64,000 nt of DNA from Octopus vulgaris (lineage: Eukaryota), in NCBI GenBank assembly GCA_951406725.2, contig OX597818.1:52638001-52702000 (forward strand), in the 5' to 3' direction. Positions within the stretch are counted from its first letter, which is position 1. Each line of letters begins with the position of its first letter. The position numbers and the translations under genes are program-made. The notes below the pieces were generated by a model that saw nothing but the letters and a program-made list of their open reading frames with translations, had not been told where the DNA came from and ran no database searches. Positions 1 through 12,124 of this stretch are shown piece after piece.

Positions 1-183
1 ATTCTGACAAACGTTGACTACACCTGTTTATCGTCTAGGAAGCGGTGGATATGTCTCTGTTTCAGAGAATATTCACTGATAATTTTCAACGACATGCCCT
101 GTAACTATACAGCAATTGCCTCAAAATAGAGGTATTTGTTGCCATTAAAATACACAAATAAGTCCAACATAAGTTTATAAATG

Positions 184-396
184 TACGGGGGATGCTGAGA
201 AGTTCCTGGCTTTAAGGGTTTCGTGAAAGGCTTGGATGGAAGCCCAAACTTCCTAGTTCTTTTACAGTGCCTAGAAAAACTGAAGCACCGCTGCAAAAGG
301 TACGTGAATCTGAGAGGGGAATATGTCGAATAATTAACTGACCCCTGCTGTATTTTCTTTCACTCAGAGCCAGGAACTTTTCAGCATCCCCTCGTA
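184..396 (+). mobile_element. Mariner-derived MITE retaining the transposase C-terminus
   Basis: TIRs TACGGGGGATGCTGAGAAGTTCCTGGCT / AGCCAGGAACTTTTCAGCATCCCCTCGTA with terminal TA; interior translates LEKLKHRCKRYVNLRGEYVE*, like mariner transposase ends. Confidence 0.85.
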
Positions 397-399
397 TAG

Positions 400-1178
400 A
401 TCCTCAATGTTGTATTCTTAGGTCACTGGGTTTTTCGGGTCTTCGACAAACATCCTGATCTAGGTAACCAGAACTAGGTTGATCAAGCCTAGCCCTGTAT
501 CTAAGTGACCCTCAATTGATTCCAGTCGATCACCTTTCCTCAGCCAGAGCTATCTAGGTATTTCCTCAGCAGCCTCTATGTTGTTCATGATGGTTCTTCC
601 GCTAATAAAATATCTGATCAATTTTTGGTGTTTAACAGTAAATATTTTTCCCCTGTTGGATTCAAAGCCATTCTTTTCCCACACTAATGTCTAATTTCAT
701 AATTTTCAGTTAAAAAAGAAATGATGTCCAAAAGGTGGTGGGGCAAAATGAATAATGAATAATGAATTTTACTAATTTATCTTTAACCGCATGGTGCTTA
801 ATATATCGGTAAGAGAGCTACTCAGAAGATCGTAAAGACGTTATGGCGAATATTTTATGTTGAGTTTTTTGATTTACTGTAAGTCCTCGAGTATAGTCCG
901 CCCTTGAGTATAATACGCAGGGGATTTTTAGTGGGCTGTACCTCTGAAAGACCTAAACCTTGTGTATAATACGCACCTCTTCACTAACTTGAGTCAAGGA
1001 TGTCTATATAACGTCCTTGGTTTGTATGTTGCTCATGATGGTTCTTCCGTTAATTTCTATACCCTTGTTCAGGGTACGACCTCCGACTGTCAAACTTCAA
1101 TGTAAAACATCTCGTTCTCCACCAATTATTGTGATAGTCTCCAACCAAATCCTGCTACTTAGTTCTCTTCCCATATGA
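400..1178 (-). mobile_element. 3' remnant of an RLE-type (Hero-like) non-LTR retrotransposon, interrupted at ~607-1024
   Basis: Minus-strand RTIMNNIEAAEEIPR*LWLRKG and ..DLVGD..WRTRC..EV.. resemble the Hero C-terminus; 3' UTR-like TGATCAACC...GAAGACCCGAAAAACCCAGTGACC. Confidence 0.55.
875..985. mobile_element. pogo/Tigger-like terminal fragment
   Basis: TACTGTAAGTCCTCGAGTATAGTCCGC followed by repeated GTATAATACGCA subterminal motifs. Confidence 0.45.
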
Positions 1179-1643
1179 ATACAATCTTTTATTTTAATAT
1201 TATCTTGTAATAATATGTAAAGAATACTATAAGACATCAAAGTCGTTCGTCATACGTCAAATTCCAGGTCATTGCACTGTTAAGTAAAAATTTATTCAGT
1301 TCTTAAAAGGATGGTGGTTGTCTAGGATCTCCTGCATTTGTAATATTTATTACAAAGATAGTATTATATTTGTTACAAAGATGGCACTATATAATTTTTT
1401 TTTGTTTACGCCCTCATACGTCATATAAAAGTAATATCTTTCGCATATACTCTAAATACCTACTGATGGATACGAATGTAATACAGAAATGGTTGTTTAT
1501 AATTCATCCTCCGACGCATTTTCTTATCACATCTTATCTCTGTTTTATATGTATTTCAAGAGATACAAGATATATATTCTGTTTCTAGACGTTGGAGAGA
1601 AACCCTTCTTAAACATGTATTTCATTCACAATACATACATAAT

Positions 1644-1910
<267 letters not shown>

Positions 1911-2344
1911 TATATAGAGATAGATAAATAGATACACATTGTGAATGAAATATATCACGTATACACGCACACACACACATATATATATATACAATGATTT
2001 TTATGTTCGGTTATAACATTTATGATACCAATTTTACTGTTATAATCTTATTTCACCGTCAATAATATTCTTGAATAAGAATATTAAATATATATACTAA
2101 CACAGATACATATGCGTATAAATGTATATTCCTGATGTATGTAACATTTGTGAAAAGATATTGTTTATGCTTAAATATTCATCATCTTAAAACATGGTGA
2201 ATTCATCAACAGAACAGTTGTAATTGAGTAGATATATTGTACAATCGTAATATATGGGATATATATTATAATTATGTATATGTCTTATCTTTTACTTGTT
2301 TCAGTCATGAGTCTGCGGTCATGTTGGGGTACCGTTTACAAGAA

Positions 2345-2428
2345 GGGGTTGGTAATTTGCAAGACTTATTTGTCTATGCTCCAAACCAGAAAACAAAGAA
2401 TGTTGTTTACCCAGAAGCTCTTACATAA
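2345..2428 (+). mobile_element. Helitron Rep/helicase extreme C-terminal remnant
   Basis: GVGNLQDLFVYAPNQKTKNVVYPEALT* matches the SRVG..LFV....TKN(I/V)VY.EAL end of Helitron PIF1-like helicases; preceded by a SINE 3' fragment at ~2288-2335. Confidence 0.75.
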
Positions 2429-2484
2429 TTTCCTTCAAAATATGTGGTAGAATTTATCTCCTTTTAAAAAAGTGGTAAATTTTG

Positions 2485-2546
<62 letters not shown>

Positions 2547-3044
2547 TTGCATTACAAATTCAGAATTGGTTTCCCAGTTAAAGAATAAATTGTATCCGAA
2601 TTGAAGAATAAATTGAATTTAGAATAACAAATTTCTATACAACATATTTTGCTTCGATTGGCGACTGTTCTCACAACAGGAAATCACGCATCCAGTACAT
2701 CATGACAACAAGAACTCTTCTCAATAACAGCGGTGAAGCCGTAAAACCAACTCTCTTTTAGTTCATCGATTTATAATTTCTCATTCATCCCTGAAGTTCT
2801 TACCCTTGTTACTATGATACTGGCTTGCGTGGTTCCCTGAATATATGGAGCTCGTCTGAATTTGATGTTCTCTCTTTTAACCGTCGGACGCAGATATAAT
2901 AGTCAGTTTAGTGTTTTCTAATTTGCTTTCCATCTCACCAACTTTTTATGGTAGGCTCGGCGAAAAAGAAGCGTCAACAGCATATCGATGAGTACTTACA
3001 ATATGGTTTTATCAAGAACTCTACGGTTCCAAAGTAGCCCTTTT

Positions 3045-3446
3045 TACTTATACTTACTTGTGACGGCGTTCACCCTGGGCGGGTTGAGCCGGCTTCTTCT
3101 CTGGTCTTGACGACATCACATAGAAGAAGTTTCGTGGGAATATTGAATTCACAAGCGGTCCCCGACTGACCGCATGCATATCCCGAGTGACGGGACGCCC
3201 TGTTTGCCGCGGAGTCTCCACAGACGCAGGGACAGAACGACCTCGAAGCTGCCGGTTGCCGATCAGACGCCTCTTGGAATTTTCACCAGATCCCCGTTGG
3301 CCAGGCTGCGACCCTAATACCGCTCGGTGCTAGACCAATCCGCCTTGGGTGGCCCTACCAGGAACCGAAGTTCCCGACGGCATAGCTCTGACACTGCCTG
3401 TTTACACCACCTTACCGCTTTGAGGAGGGGTTGGACTTTGGGGTAA
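3045..3446 (-). mobile_element. Non-autonomous RTE-derived retroelement inserted in the hAT remnant
   Basis: TSD AGCCCTTTT at 3036-3044 and 3447-3455; (TAAG)-like tail at left end; TTGGGTGGCCCTACCAGG...GGCATAGCTCT resembles the antisense RTE 5' UTR. Confidence 0.65.
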
Positions 3447-3624
3447 AGCCCTTTTGTATCATGTCATCAATCTTTGTTCAATGAAACCACGAAGCCCTCT
3501 CGACTCTGTGACTACATGAAAAGGAAACAACTCGTAAAAGTCGGTAAGCCTATCAAATATTCTGAGAGACTGAAAACTGATTTTGAAAATCGGATTACTG
3601 TTAAATCATTATTTAAGAAACTGA

Positions 3625-3770
3625 TATGTCCCATTATGATTACGTATTTCGTCGTCTCTGCGGTACTGGTCCGAACAGCATACCTTTGCCGACTGAACTT
3701 ACTGACTGTCACAGTCCGCTATTTATTAGCAGTGGACCAGCCCACTTCTCGCCTGGGGGCGTCCGCCACA
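3625..3770 (-). mobile_element. 146-bp solo-LTR-like insertion
   Basis: 5-bp TSD ACTGA (3620-3624, 3771-3775); minus strand starts TGTGGCG, contains AATAAA, ends ACATA; removal rejoins hAT coding sequence. Confidence 0.55.
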
Positions 3771-4349
3771 ACTGAAACAGACAAAAAATTAATGACTGTG
3801 GACTGATCGATTCCTATAAAACTGCAGAAATTATTACAAAAACAGGTAGTGCACACACGGTAGCTGAAATGATTATTGTGCCTGCTGTAGAAGCAGAAGT
3901 TATGAATCAAGATCCTTCATCTATCATTAAGGCTCTACCTTTGAGTAATAATTCTATTCGTAGGGGAATTGATAAAATGTCAGGTCATATCGAAGTCATA
4001 CTAATTCAAAGATTTAAAACAACGGATTTTTTTATTCAAATGGATAAAAGCACAGTTATTGACAATAAAGCCTTTTTAATGGGATATGTACGATATTTTG
4101 ATGGAAACTGTGCATTACAAGAAGATTTATTATTTGTAAAACAGTTGGAGACTGACACAACGGGCGCTTCTATATCTTTCCTGTGAAAACGTTTTTTGAA
4201 GAAAAAGAAATTCCATATTATGAAAATTTAGTCTCATGTACTACTGATGGTGCAATGTCTATGATTGGGAGACACAAAGGATTTATCTCTCAAAAAGGTT
4301 GTGCCACCAAATTCTAGTTTTACACTGTGTATGGGAGTTACAGGCTATC

Positions 4350-4388
<39 letters not shown>

Positions 4389-4462
4389 ACACATACACAC
4401 CCACAAATATATATGTATGTATATAATATATGTATATATACATGTATATATATACCTGTATA

Positions 4463-4505
<43 letters not shown>

Positions 4506-4509
<4 letters not shown>

Positions 4510-5308
4510 CATAAATGAGGGCAAAGGAAAAAAATTCTAATGCCAAATATGCCGAAAAATTGGACATATTGTCCATTAACCATATAATTTTTTCACAATT
4601 TCGAGTAGCGTGCGTATTGTGAAAAAATTATATGGTTAATGGACAACATGTCCAATTTTTCGGCATATTTGGCATTAGAATTTTTTCCTTTGCCCTCATT
4701 TATGAATTGTTTATAAATTTAACCGTTAAAGGTATTTTTTAATATGCTGGCCATTGATAAGATTTTTTTCGAGAAAATATTTTTTTTCGAAAAGAATTTT
4801 ATCCTCACAATTGATATAAATTTAAGTGTTCACTTCCAAACTAACTAACTCACTCTGTGAGAGTCTCAGTTCAAATCGCACGTGCCTCGAATGGGCTGGA
4901 GTATTTCTATTTTGGATGTATTTGGGGTACTTAGTTGTGCCCATGACTTACTATTTGCTTCTTCCATGGGTATGAGTAAGTATCTCATTTATTTCTTTTG
5001 CCACATGTATCACTGACGAAGAGAGGGCTCTTAGTAGCTAACTCTGAAATCGGTCCGATATGGTAATAATGGAATTTTTTAGAAATTTCTGTCGATCTTT
5101 TTTTCGAGTAGCGTGCGTATTGTGAAAAAATTATATGGTTAATGGACAATATGTCTAATTTTTCGGCATATTTGGCATTAGAATTTTTTTCCTCATTTAT
5201 GAATTGTTTATAAATTTAACCGTTAAAGGTATTTTTTAATATGCTGGCCATTGATAAAATTTTTTTCGAGAAAATTTTTTTTTTCGAAAAGAATTTTATC
5301 CTCACATT

Positions 5309-5313
<5 letters not shown>
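4506..5313 (+). mobile_element. Penelope-like non-autonomous element: inverted 5' segment plus tandem pseudo-LTRs
   Basis: 4506-4599 is the reverse complement of 4616-4708; 4600-4816 is repeated directly at 5103-5313; hammerhead motif between repeats; (TA)n on both sides. Confidence 0.75.
5008..5065 (+). ncRNA. Type I hammerhead ribozyme motif, core intact
   Basis: tatca CTGACGA AGAG..CTCT GAAA TCGGTCCGA TA tggta: stem I tatca/tggta, stem II AGAG/CTCT, near-palindromic stem III, AUA cleavage triplet. Confidence 0.75.
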
Positions 5314-5343
<30 letters not shown>

Positions 5344-5766
5344 TATGCATGTGTGTGTGTATGTGTGTGTGTGTGTGTGTGTTTATGGATGCATGCATGT
5401 CTCATAGGTTAATCTTTTTTGGTACGCTTATGCCTTAGAACCCTGAACCATACTACTTATAGCATACTAAGCAACCAGAGCACGCAGAAGAAGAATAACT
5501 TTTGAGTTTAATTAAAAGATTGGGAGATTAGGACTGATAAAATGAAGACAGAAATGTTTACCAAACCTGTCAGTACTGTTAAACAAACAAGAGATTCAAA
5601 GGAATATTACACGTAACTTAGAAAAATTACACAAACTGGAAATCAAATATGTAGACATCTTGTAGCGACTATCAGGAAAATGTCTGGTATAATTACCATA
5701 TTACACTAGCAGAAAAACGCTTCTCTGTTAGTATAATACGATTATTATTATTATTATCATTATTAC

Positions 5767-5811
<45 letters not shown>

Positions 5812-5850
5812 TATTGTTGTTGTTGTTGTTGTTGTTATTATTATTTTTAC

Positions 5851-5893
<43 letters not shown>

Positions 5894-6332
5894 GAGTGAG
5901 ACATCAGTGCATGCCATCAAAGTGATACTGGGGTAAAATATACGAAGCCCAGTATACCCGTCATGACTACCTGAGTGATAAGAGTACACCAGGCACATGC
6001 ATCACAACCATATGTGTGCGACATGGTGATCTCATATCAAATACAGGAATAACAAATACCTTACAGCATAAATTATTGATTTATTAAAATTACCTTTGCC
6101 TCTAGACGATCTACCATGGTTACAAGATGGCTGTTATGATCAGCTCCTCTTAAGAAGGGAAGATAGTCTCTAGATTTAAGAAGTCTCCAAAATTGAGAGG
6201 TTATGTAGGAAAAAGATAAGCTTATCGCCTGTGGATAAAGAAAATAGTTTTGTATCCGTGTTTCTGGCTTAATAGCCGGCGTCAGCACGACAATTCTACG
6301 GCCCTATCTCCAGTAGACAAAAGACTTCGACT

Positions 6333-6937
6333 TATGTATGTATGTATGTATGTATGTATGTATGTATGTATGTATGTATGTATGTATGTATGTATGTATG
6401 TATGTATGTATGTATGTATGTATATGTGTGTGTTTGAGTTTGTGTGTGTGTATCATTATTTGGTTTTATTCCAAGATTTCTTGTCAATAGAGAAAGATAT
6501 GGTTTCTAGCCTAGATCGAAGGCTCCTTCATAGGAATTTAAACATCAACAACAGGGTATTTTTGTATGTGTGTATGTATGTTTGTATGTATGCATGTATT
6601 TATATATGTATACGTGCAGATTTGCATGCTTTGTTTAATGTATGTATTCTCATGCATATAGTTGCATATCATACACATGTATGTATGTATGTATGTATGT
6701 ATGTATGTATGCATGTATGTATGTATGCATGTATGTATGTATGCATGTATGTATGTATGTATGCATGCATGTATGTATGTATGTATGTATGTATGTATGT
6801 ATGTATGTATGTATGCATGCATGTATGTATGTATGTATGTATGTATGTATGTATGTATGTATGTATGTATGTATGCATGCATGCATGTATGTATGTATGT
6901 ATGTATGTATGTATGTATGTATGTATGTATGTATATA
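6333..6937. repeat. (TATG)n tetranucleotide arrays
   Basis: Directly visible; source of MYVC/HTYI ORFs. Confidence 0.97.
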
Positions 6938-7005
6938 TGGATTTTTGCATAATGAGATTAAAAACCCCAAGGCTGTATAGATATTAGAGCATTTATAGAT
7001 AGAAG

Positions 7006-7057
7006 GTCTTACAGCTGTTTCTAGAATATTAATTAATAATATCCCTTTATCGGAGAC
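7006..7057 (-). ncRNA. Degenerate hammerhead motif
   Basis: Minus strand gtct CCGATAA AGGGATATT..AATATTCTA GAAAC AGCT GTA agac; stems I and III intact, core mutated. Confidence 0.5.
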
Positions 7058-7292
7058 GGTGTGAGAGGAAAAATCAAGTCATAGTTAGTTTCGATGTGAT
7101 ATAAATAGAGAGTGAGGTGGAGGAAAGAAAATAGATGTAAGATATGTATGAGTATTGAGTTCATAAATCCGTTTTATATGCATAATGGTATATATGAGTA
7201 ATATTCCAATATCCTTTGAGTATATATGTCTAATATTCCAATATCCTTTGAGTATGTATATATGTATGGATGGATGTATGTATGTTTATATC

Positions 7293-7842
7293 AGGTCACT
7301 TTCGAGTGCTACTGGTAACATGTAACCCAGTATAACCTGTTGCATGGTCGGGTCGTCGGCGACTAAACCGGCAACCCCACCAAGCTTGCTTAGTGAGGAG
7401 GGTGTTTAATGGACACCCTGCGGGGTGAAAGACAAAACCCGTCAAAGGGCGGAGGAACTCTTGAGAGACGACGGCCACCCAATAAATGTCTTAAGGCTGT
7501 ATCATGCGCGGGGACATAGAAATAATAGGACTGGAATACCCGATCGCGCGGTTAACTCATTGGGAGTAAAGGACTCCTAGCCTTTGTTAGGGCATCCTTC
7601 TAGGAGAAGGTAACTCGGGTAACTGGGATAACTCCGACATAAAACCTGCGGCTCAGTGGTTACCGATAATGTTGACTTGTTCTTCTTTTCGGATTATGGC
7701 CGCTGTTGCTTAGTGAGTGGGATTGACTCAGTTCACAGCCTAACCTCACTTTAAAAAAATCATCTGGCACAGGCATTGAACGATAACAAAATTGATTAAG
7801 TTTTGTGCTATGGCCATACTCGATAACGAAGGGGCAGCCACC
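7293..7842 (+). mobile_element. GC-rich RTE 5'-UTR-like non-autonomous retroelement
   Basis: GGGCATCCTTCTAGGAGAAGGTAACTC resembles the conserved RTE 5' UTR motif; sharp GC step; (TATG)n on both sides. Confidence 0.55.
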
Positions 7843-7980
7843 ATGTATGTATGTATGTATTTATGTATGTACACGCTCCTACACTTTTACAATTTTATAG
7901 TTATAGATATATTCTGATTGGCCACCACATTTCTAGCAAAGTTGTGAAGCAAAGCATCTTAGCTTGTTCATTATCCTTAC

Positions 7981-8152
7981 AATCTCAAGAATGTCTTGCA
8001 GATTTTTATTGACCCATGTACGTATGCATGTATGTGCAATGTCATAGAATGCGGTACTTGACCATTCCATACCTGACCAGACAGAATCTGTAGTGTCATA
8101 TCTCTTAGTCCTGAAGTTTCTCGTAAATAGTAATCTCTGTGTATCATTGAAT
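7981..8152 (-). other. Candidate host exon, product unknown
   Basis: Acceptor tttatacaattag, donor ATT/gtaagg; 57 stop-free codons FNDTQRLL...AFYDIAHTCIRTWVNKNLQDILEI; a second frame is open to an internal CAG/gtatgg donor. Confidence 0.4.
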
Positions 8153-8318
8153 CTAATTGTATAAACACATAGTGAAACTACAGCTTTGAATTACAACGGC
8201 AAACATAGACACAGCATATACGTATTTACATAGTTTCGAGTAGTTAATGTGATCATTTGTTAAGATAACATTGGAGCACGAAATAAACACACAAACACAC
8301 ATACACACACATCATACG

Positions 8319-8350
<32 letters not shown>

Positions 8351-8419
8351 CTTGCGCGTGTGTATGCGTGTATGTATATGTGAGTGTGTGTTTGACTATG
8401 GATATATGTATATATATAT

Positions 8420-8463
<44 letters not shown>

Positions 8464-8527
8464 GTACATATATGTATATATATGTGTATGTATATGTGTG
8501 TATGTACATGTGTGTTTCACTGTATGG

Positions 8528-8575
<48 letters not shown>

Positions 8576-8730
8576 GCACATATATGTATGTGTGTGTGTG
8601 AAATATGTGTACGAGTGCATAAGTATAATGTTTTCTATAAATTAGCTCTTATAACAGGAATGCGTTTTGCCACTTGAGTTTTTGTGGCATATATTTGGTT
8701 TTGCAAATTCACCACTCTGAATGCACTTAC

Positions 8731-8841
8731 CGAATGTCGGCAATCCTGCAAATAAGCTGGTGTCATAGGATATTAGCATATCATAACACCAAATTATTTG
8801 ATGTAATAGTTTGTCAAGCTCTTTCATTCTTTGAATATTCG
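8731..8841 (-). other. Candidate exon upstream of 7981-8152
   Basis: Consensus donor CG/gtaagt; open frame MKELDKLLHQIIWCYDMLISYDTSLFAGLPTF ends in phase 1. Confidence 0.3.
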
Positions 8842-8949
8842 CTTTTTAAAATATAATATAATATTGCTGTGGATTGTTTATGTCCACCTTATATTCATAC
8901 CAATGAATATATTTGAAATTAATTATAAAATGATATATAGTATTTTTTT

Positions 8950-9331
8950 ATGCGCCCTTTTCAAGCCTAGCCAGGCTCATGGGTCCGGTTTCCCGTTTTC
9001 TATGGCGTATGTGTTCCCCCCAGGTGGACGGGACGCCAGACCATCGCAGCGTTACACATTTTTGCCAGCTGAGTGGACTGGAGCGGCGTAAAATGAAGTG
9101 TTTTGCTCAAGAACACAACGCAGCGTTACTCCAGAAACAGGAAGAAAGAGTGAGAGAAAGTTGGGGTGAAAGAGTACCACAAGGCTCGCCACCCGACCCC
9201 CTGCCGGAGCTTCGTGGAGCTTTAGGTGTTTTTCGCTCAATAAACACACACAACGCCCGGTCTGGGAATCGAAACCACGATCGTCCGATCGTGAGTCCGC
9301 TGCCCGAACCACTGGTCCATTGCGACTTCAC
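8950..9331 (-). mobile_element. tRNA-derived SINE, family C (tRNA-Arg-like head)
   Basis: A box TGGACCAGTGG, B box GGTTTCGATTCC; relatives at 40869, 41676, 46388, 46615, 48910, 63681. Confidence 0.9.
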
Positions 9332-9689
9332 AGTATATAGTATAGGGAGATGAAAAAAAAAATTAACGGATGTTAAAACACCCATTGATTTGTAATATAA
9401 AGAAGCTTTATATTATAAAGATCCTTTACAAATCATACAGTCACATGGAGACGGTTTCCAGGTTGATCAAGTTCGAGCCTGCATCTCTGCGACAGCCATG
9501 AACTGATACAAATACTGAAATAGTTTGAAGGCACGTGCCTTCATGGTTAGGGTAATTCAGTTCACGATCTTAAGGGCGTCAGTTCGATTCTCAGTAGCGA
9601 TTTGTGTCCTTGAGCAACACACTTGATTTCACTTTGAACAGGACAATCCGGAGGGTGGTATCTTGACAGCCCACAGAAGTAACTTCATA

Positions 9690-9915
9690 CCTATTTATTT
9701 ACTACCCACAAGGAGCTAAACACAGAGAGGACAAACAAGGACAGACAAACGGATTACATCACCCCCATTGCTTAACTGGTAATTATTTTATCCGCCCCGA
9801 AAAAAAAAGTTATAGGCAATGTCAACCGCGGTAAAATTTGAACTCAGAACATAATGACAGACGAATCGCTGCTAAGCGTTTTGCTCGGTTTGCTAACGCA
9901 TCTGCCAGCTTGCCG
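9690..9915 (-). mobile_element. SINE family B (GGCGGCGAGCTGGCAGAA head), diverged
   Basis: Homologous to copies at 25930, 26930, 28076, 29385, 33704, 36018, 43600, 45928, 46990. Confidence 0.85.
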
Positions 9916-10405
9916 ACTTACGTACTTCATAATATAACTAAACATCTTTACTTCTCAGCATACTTCAAAGGCAGTGTTCCACCTACGAATGAGGGCAAGT
10001 ATCCCAGCTTGGTAGAAACCTGTAGTTCAAAGGGTCGACCTTGACAAACTTTGTGTGTCAAGCTGAATCTCCCCGAGAACTACGTTAAGGATACAAGTGT
10101 CTGTGGAGTGCTCAGCCACTTGCACGTTAATATCACGAGGAGGCTGTCTCGTTGATCGGATCATTTCATTGTATGTATATATCCAGACTTCTCTCAATCT
10201 TGTGTCTGGCAGGAGTCAGAGTAGAACAATTACTATTCCGATAGCATCTGTTGAAAGAGAAACGTGCTCACAGCTCTCCTCTTGTCCCGAGCAAAAGCAA
10301 AAGAAAAAAAAAAGCATAAAACAATAACATACCGTTCTTCTTTAACGCCATCTTTATTTTGAAAAATTTTCATAGAGATGTTATAATCGCCACTTCTTAT
10401 TTCGA

Positions 10406-10461
<56 letters not shown>

Positions 10462-10775
10462 AACTGTTATAAGTCTCTAATAATACAACTGTCGAGCGCG
10501 CTAGTATAGTGCCCGTTGTATTATTGAGTAATCAATGAAGTTCAAAACATCCTGTATATATATAGAACAGGAGGAAACAGAACAGGTAACACAACAGGAG
10601 ACACATGGAAGGAGAGTCGGTGAAGAGGTCGCAGGACGTGTGACAAAATATTTCCGGACATAAAATAAGAAAAATGATGAATCTAAAGTGAAGAACGAAT
10701 ATACAATGCGTGTGTTTATTTTGCAAAAACATTGGGCACCCAGAAATATAACAATACATGTATCTGTATACACCC

Positions 10776-10825
<50 letters not shown>

Positions 10826-11684
10826 AATATGAATTAGAGATAAAACCACTATTATGCAACTCAAACAGTGATAGACATAAACCAATACATAAATAACAAA
10901 TAATATAAATATAATTAATATAATATATAATATATATTTAAATATTTATTTTTTAATTTTTATTATATATTTTTTATTTTATTTTATTTTTTCCAAAATG
11001 TACAAAAAGAATGATAAATATAATATAATAAGTATATATATGTATTAATATATATATATATATATGTGTATGTATGTATATGTATATGTGTATGTATGTG
11101 TGTATGTATGCGTAAATATATATATGTATGTATGTATATATACCACGACTATCATCATTGTGAATTCATTCATTCATTTCTAGACACCATCGTTCTCATT
11201 GGTACAATTACTTCCACCACTACCATTATAATCAACTTCCTCATCAGTGCCACTCCCATTCTTATTACTATTGGTTGTTAACACTATCGCTACTGGACTC
11301 TGTTGTTATACTCCAGTTCTTCGACCACGTTTCCATCAACACTTTTCCATCAACATTCACACAACCCTTGTTTATATTAAGTTGCCAGATAAATTCGTTC
11401 GCTTCTTTTGTTTTTCATATTCATTTTAGTTCATTCCAATGTTATTTGAATAAACACAAACAATTTCACCAGTCTTTGATTGTATTTTTTGTAGCTCCGT
11501 TATATAACTTTTATCGTTTTTGAGATCTCAATACATCTATCACTTTTTACGTATATGACGATGGCGTGCCAAATAGAAAACAATGAAGGAAGTTGTCTGA
11601 CAGACCAATACAATGTATATTACATAACATCAACACCTCTTTTGTTACAGTTATTGACGCGCCTTCGGACAAAACAAGACTCAT

Positions 11685-11856
11685 TTCATTATTTACATTA
11701 TTTACATTCGACGGATATTTGTCATCACCTTGTCTGTTGTTAACACAACGCTTCGGCTGATATACCCTCCAGCCTTCTTCGGTGTCTTGGGGAAATTTCG
11801 AACCTTGGTTCTCATTTCTAAGGTATTTTTCGATGTTATTATTATTACTATTATTA

Positions 11857-11895
<39 letters not shown>

Positions 11896-12010
11896 GTGTT
11901 CAAATCACTGCTTGGAATCGAACTCGGAATATTGGTGTTAGTAGCCCGCGCTCTTAACCACTACGCCATATGCCGTGTTTGACTCCAAGCAGTGACCTGA
12001 ACACTAATAA
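11685..12010 (-). mobile_element. tRNA-headed element with (AAT)n linker and minimal hammerhead motif
   Basis: Minus strand: A box TGGCGTAGTGG, B box GAGTTCGATTCC, (AAT)n, then acac CGAAGA AGGCTG..CAGCC GAAGC GTT gtgt, tail (GTAAATAAT)2; short inverted copy of the head 3' part at 11975-12010; relative at 47870-48270. Confidence 0.65.
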
Positions 12011-12011
12011 T

Positions 12012-12073
<62 letters not shown>

Positions 12074-12124
12074 CAACAACAACAACAATAATAATATTAT
12101 TATTATTATTATTGTTATTATTAG

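Larger units (their letters stand above)
2955..4345 (+). pseudogene. Decayed hAT (Buster/Charlie, ZBED5-like) transposase with two nested insertions
   Basis: KKKRQQHIDEYLQYGF; ETTKPSRL; SYKTAEII.KTG.AHTVAE.II.PA; LPLSNNSIRRGI; FFIQMDKST; TDGA.SM.G.H.GF; LHC; stops and frameshifts present. Confidence 0.9.

Noticed and set aside
5500-5735. Possible kinase N-lobe-like plus-strand fragment
   Set aside because: Multiple stops and no diagnostic motif; not supportable.
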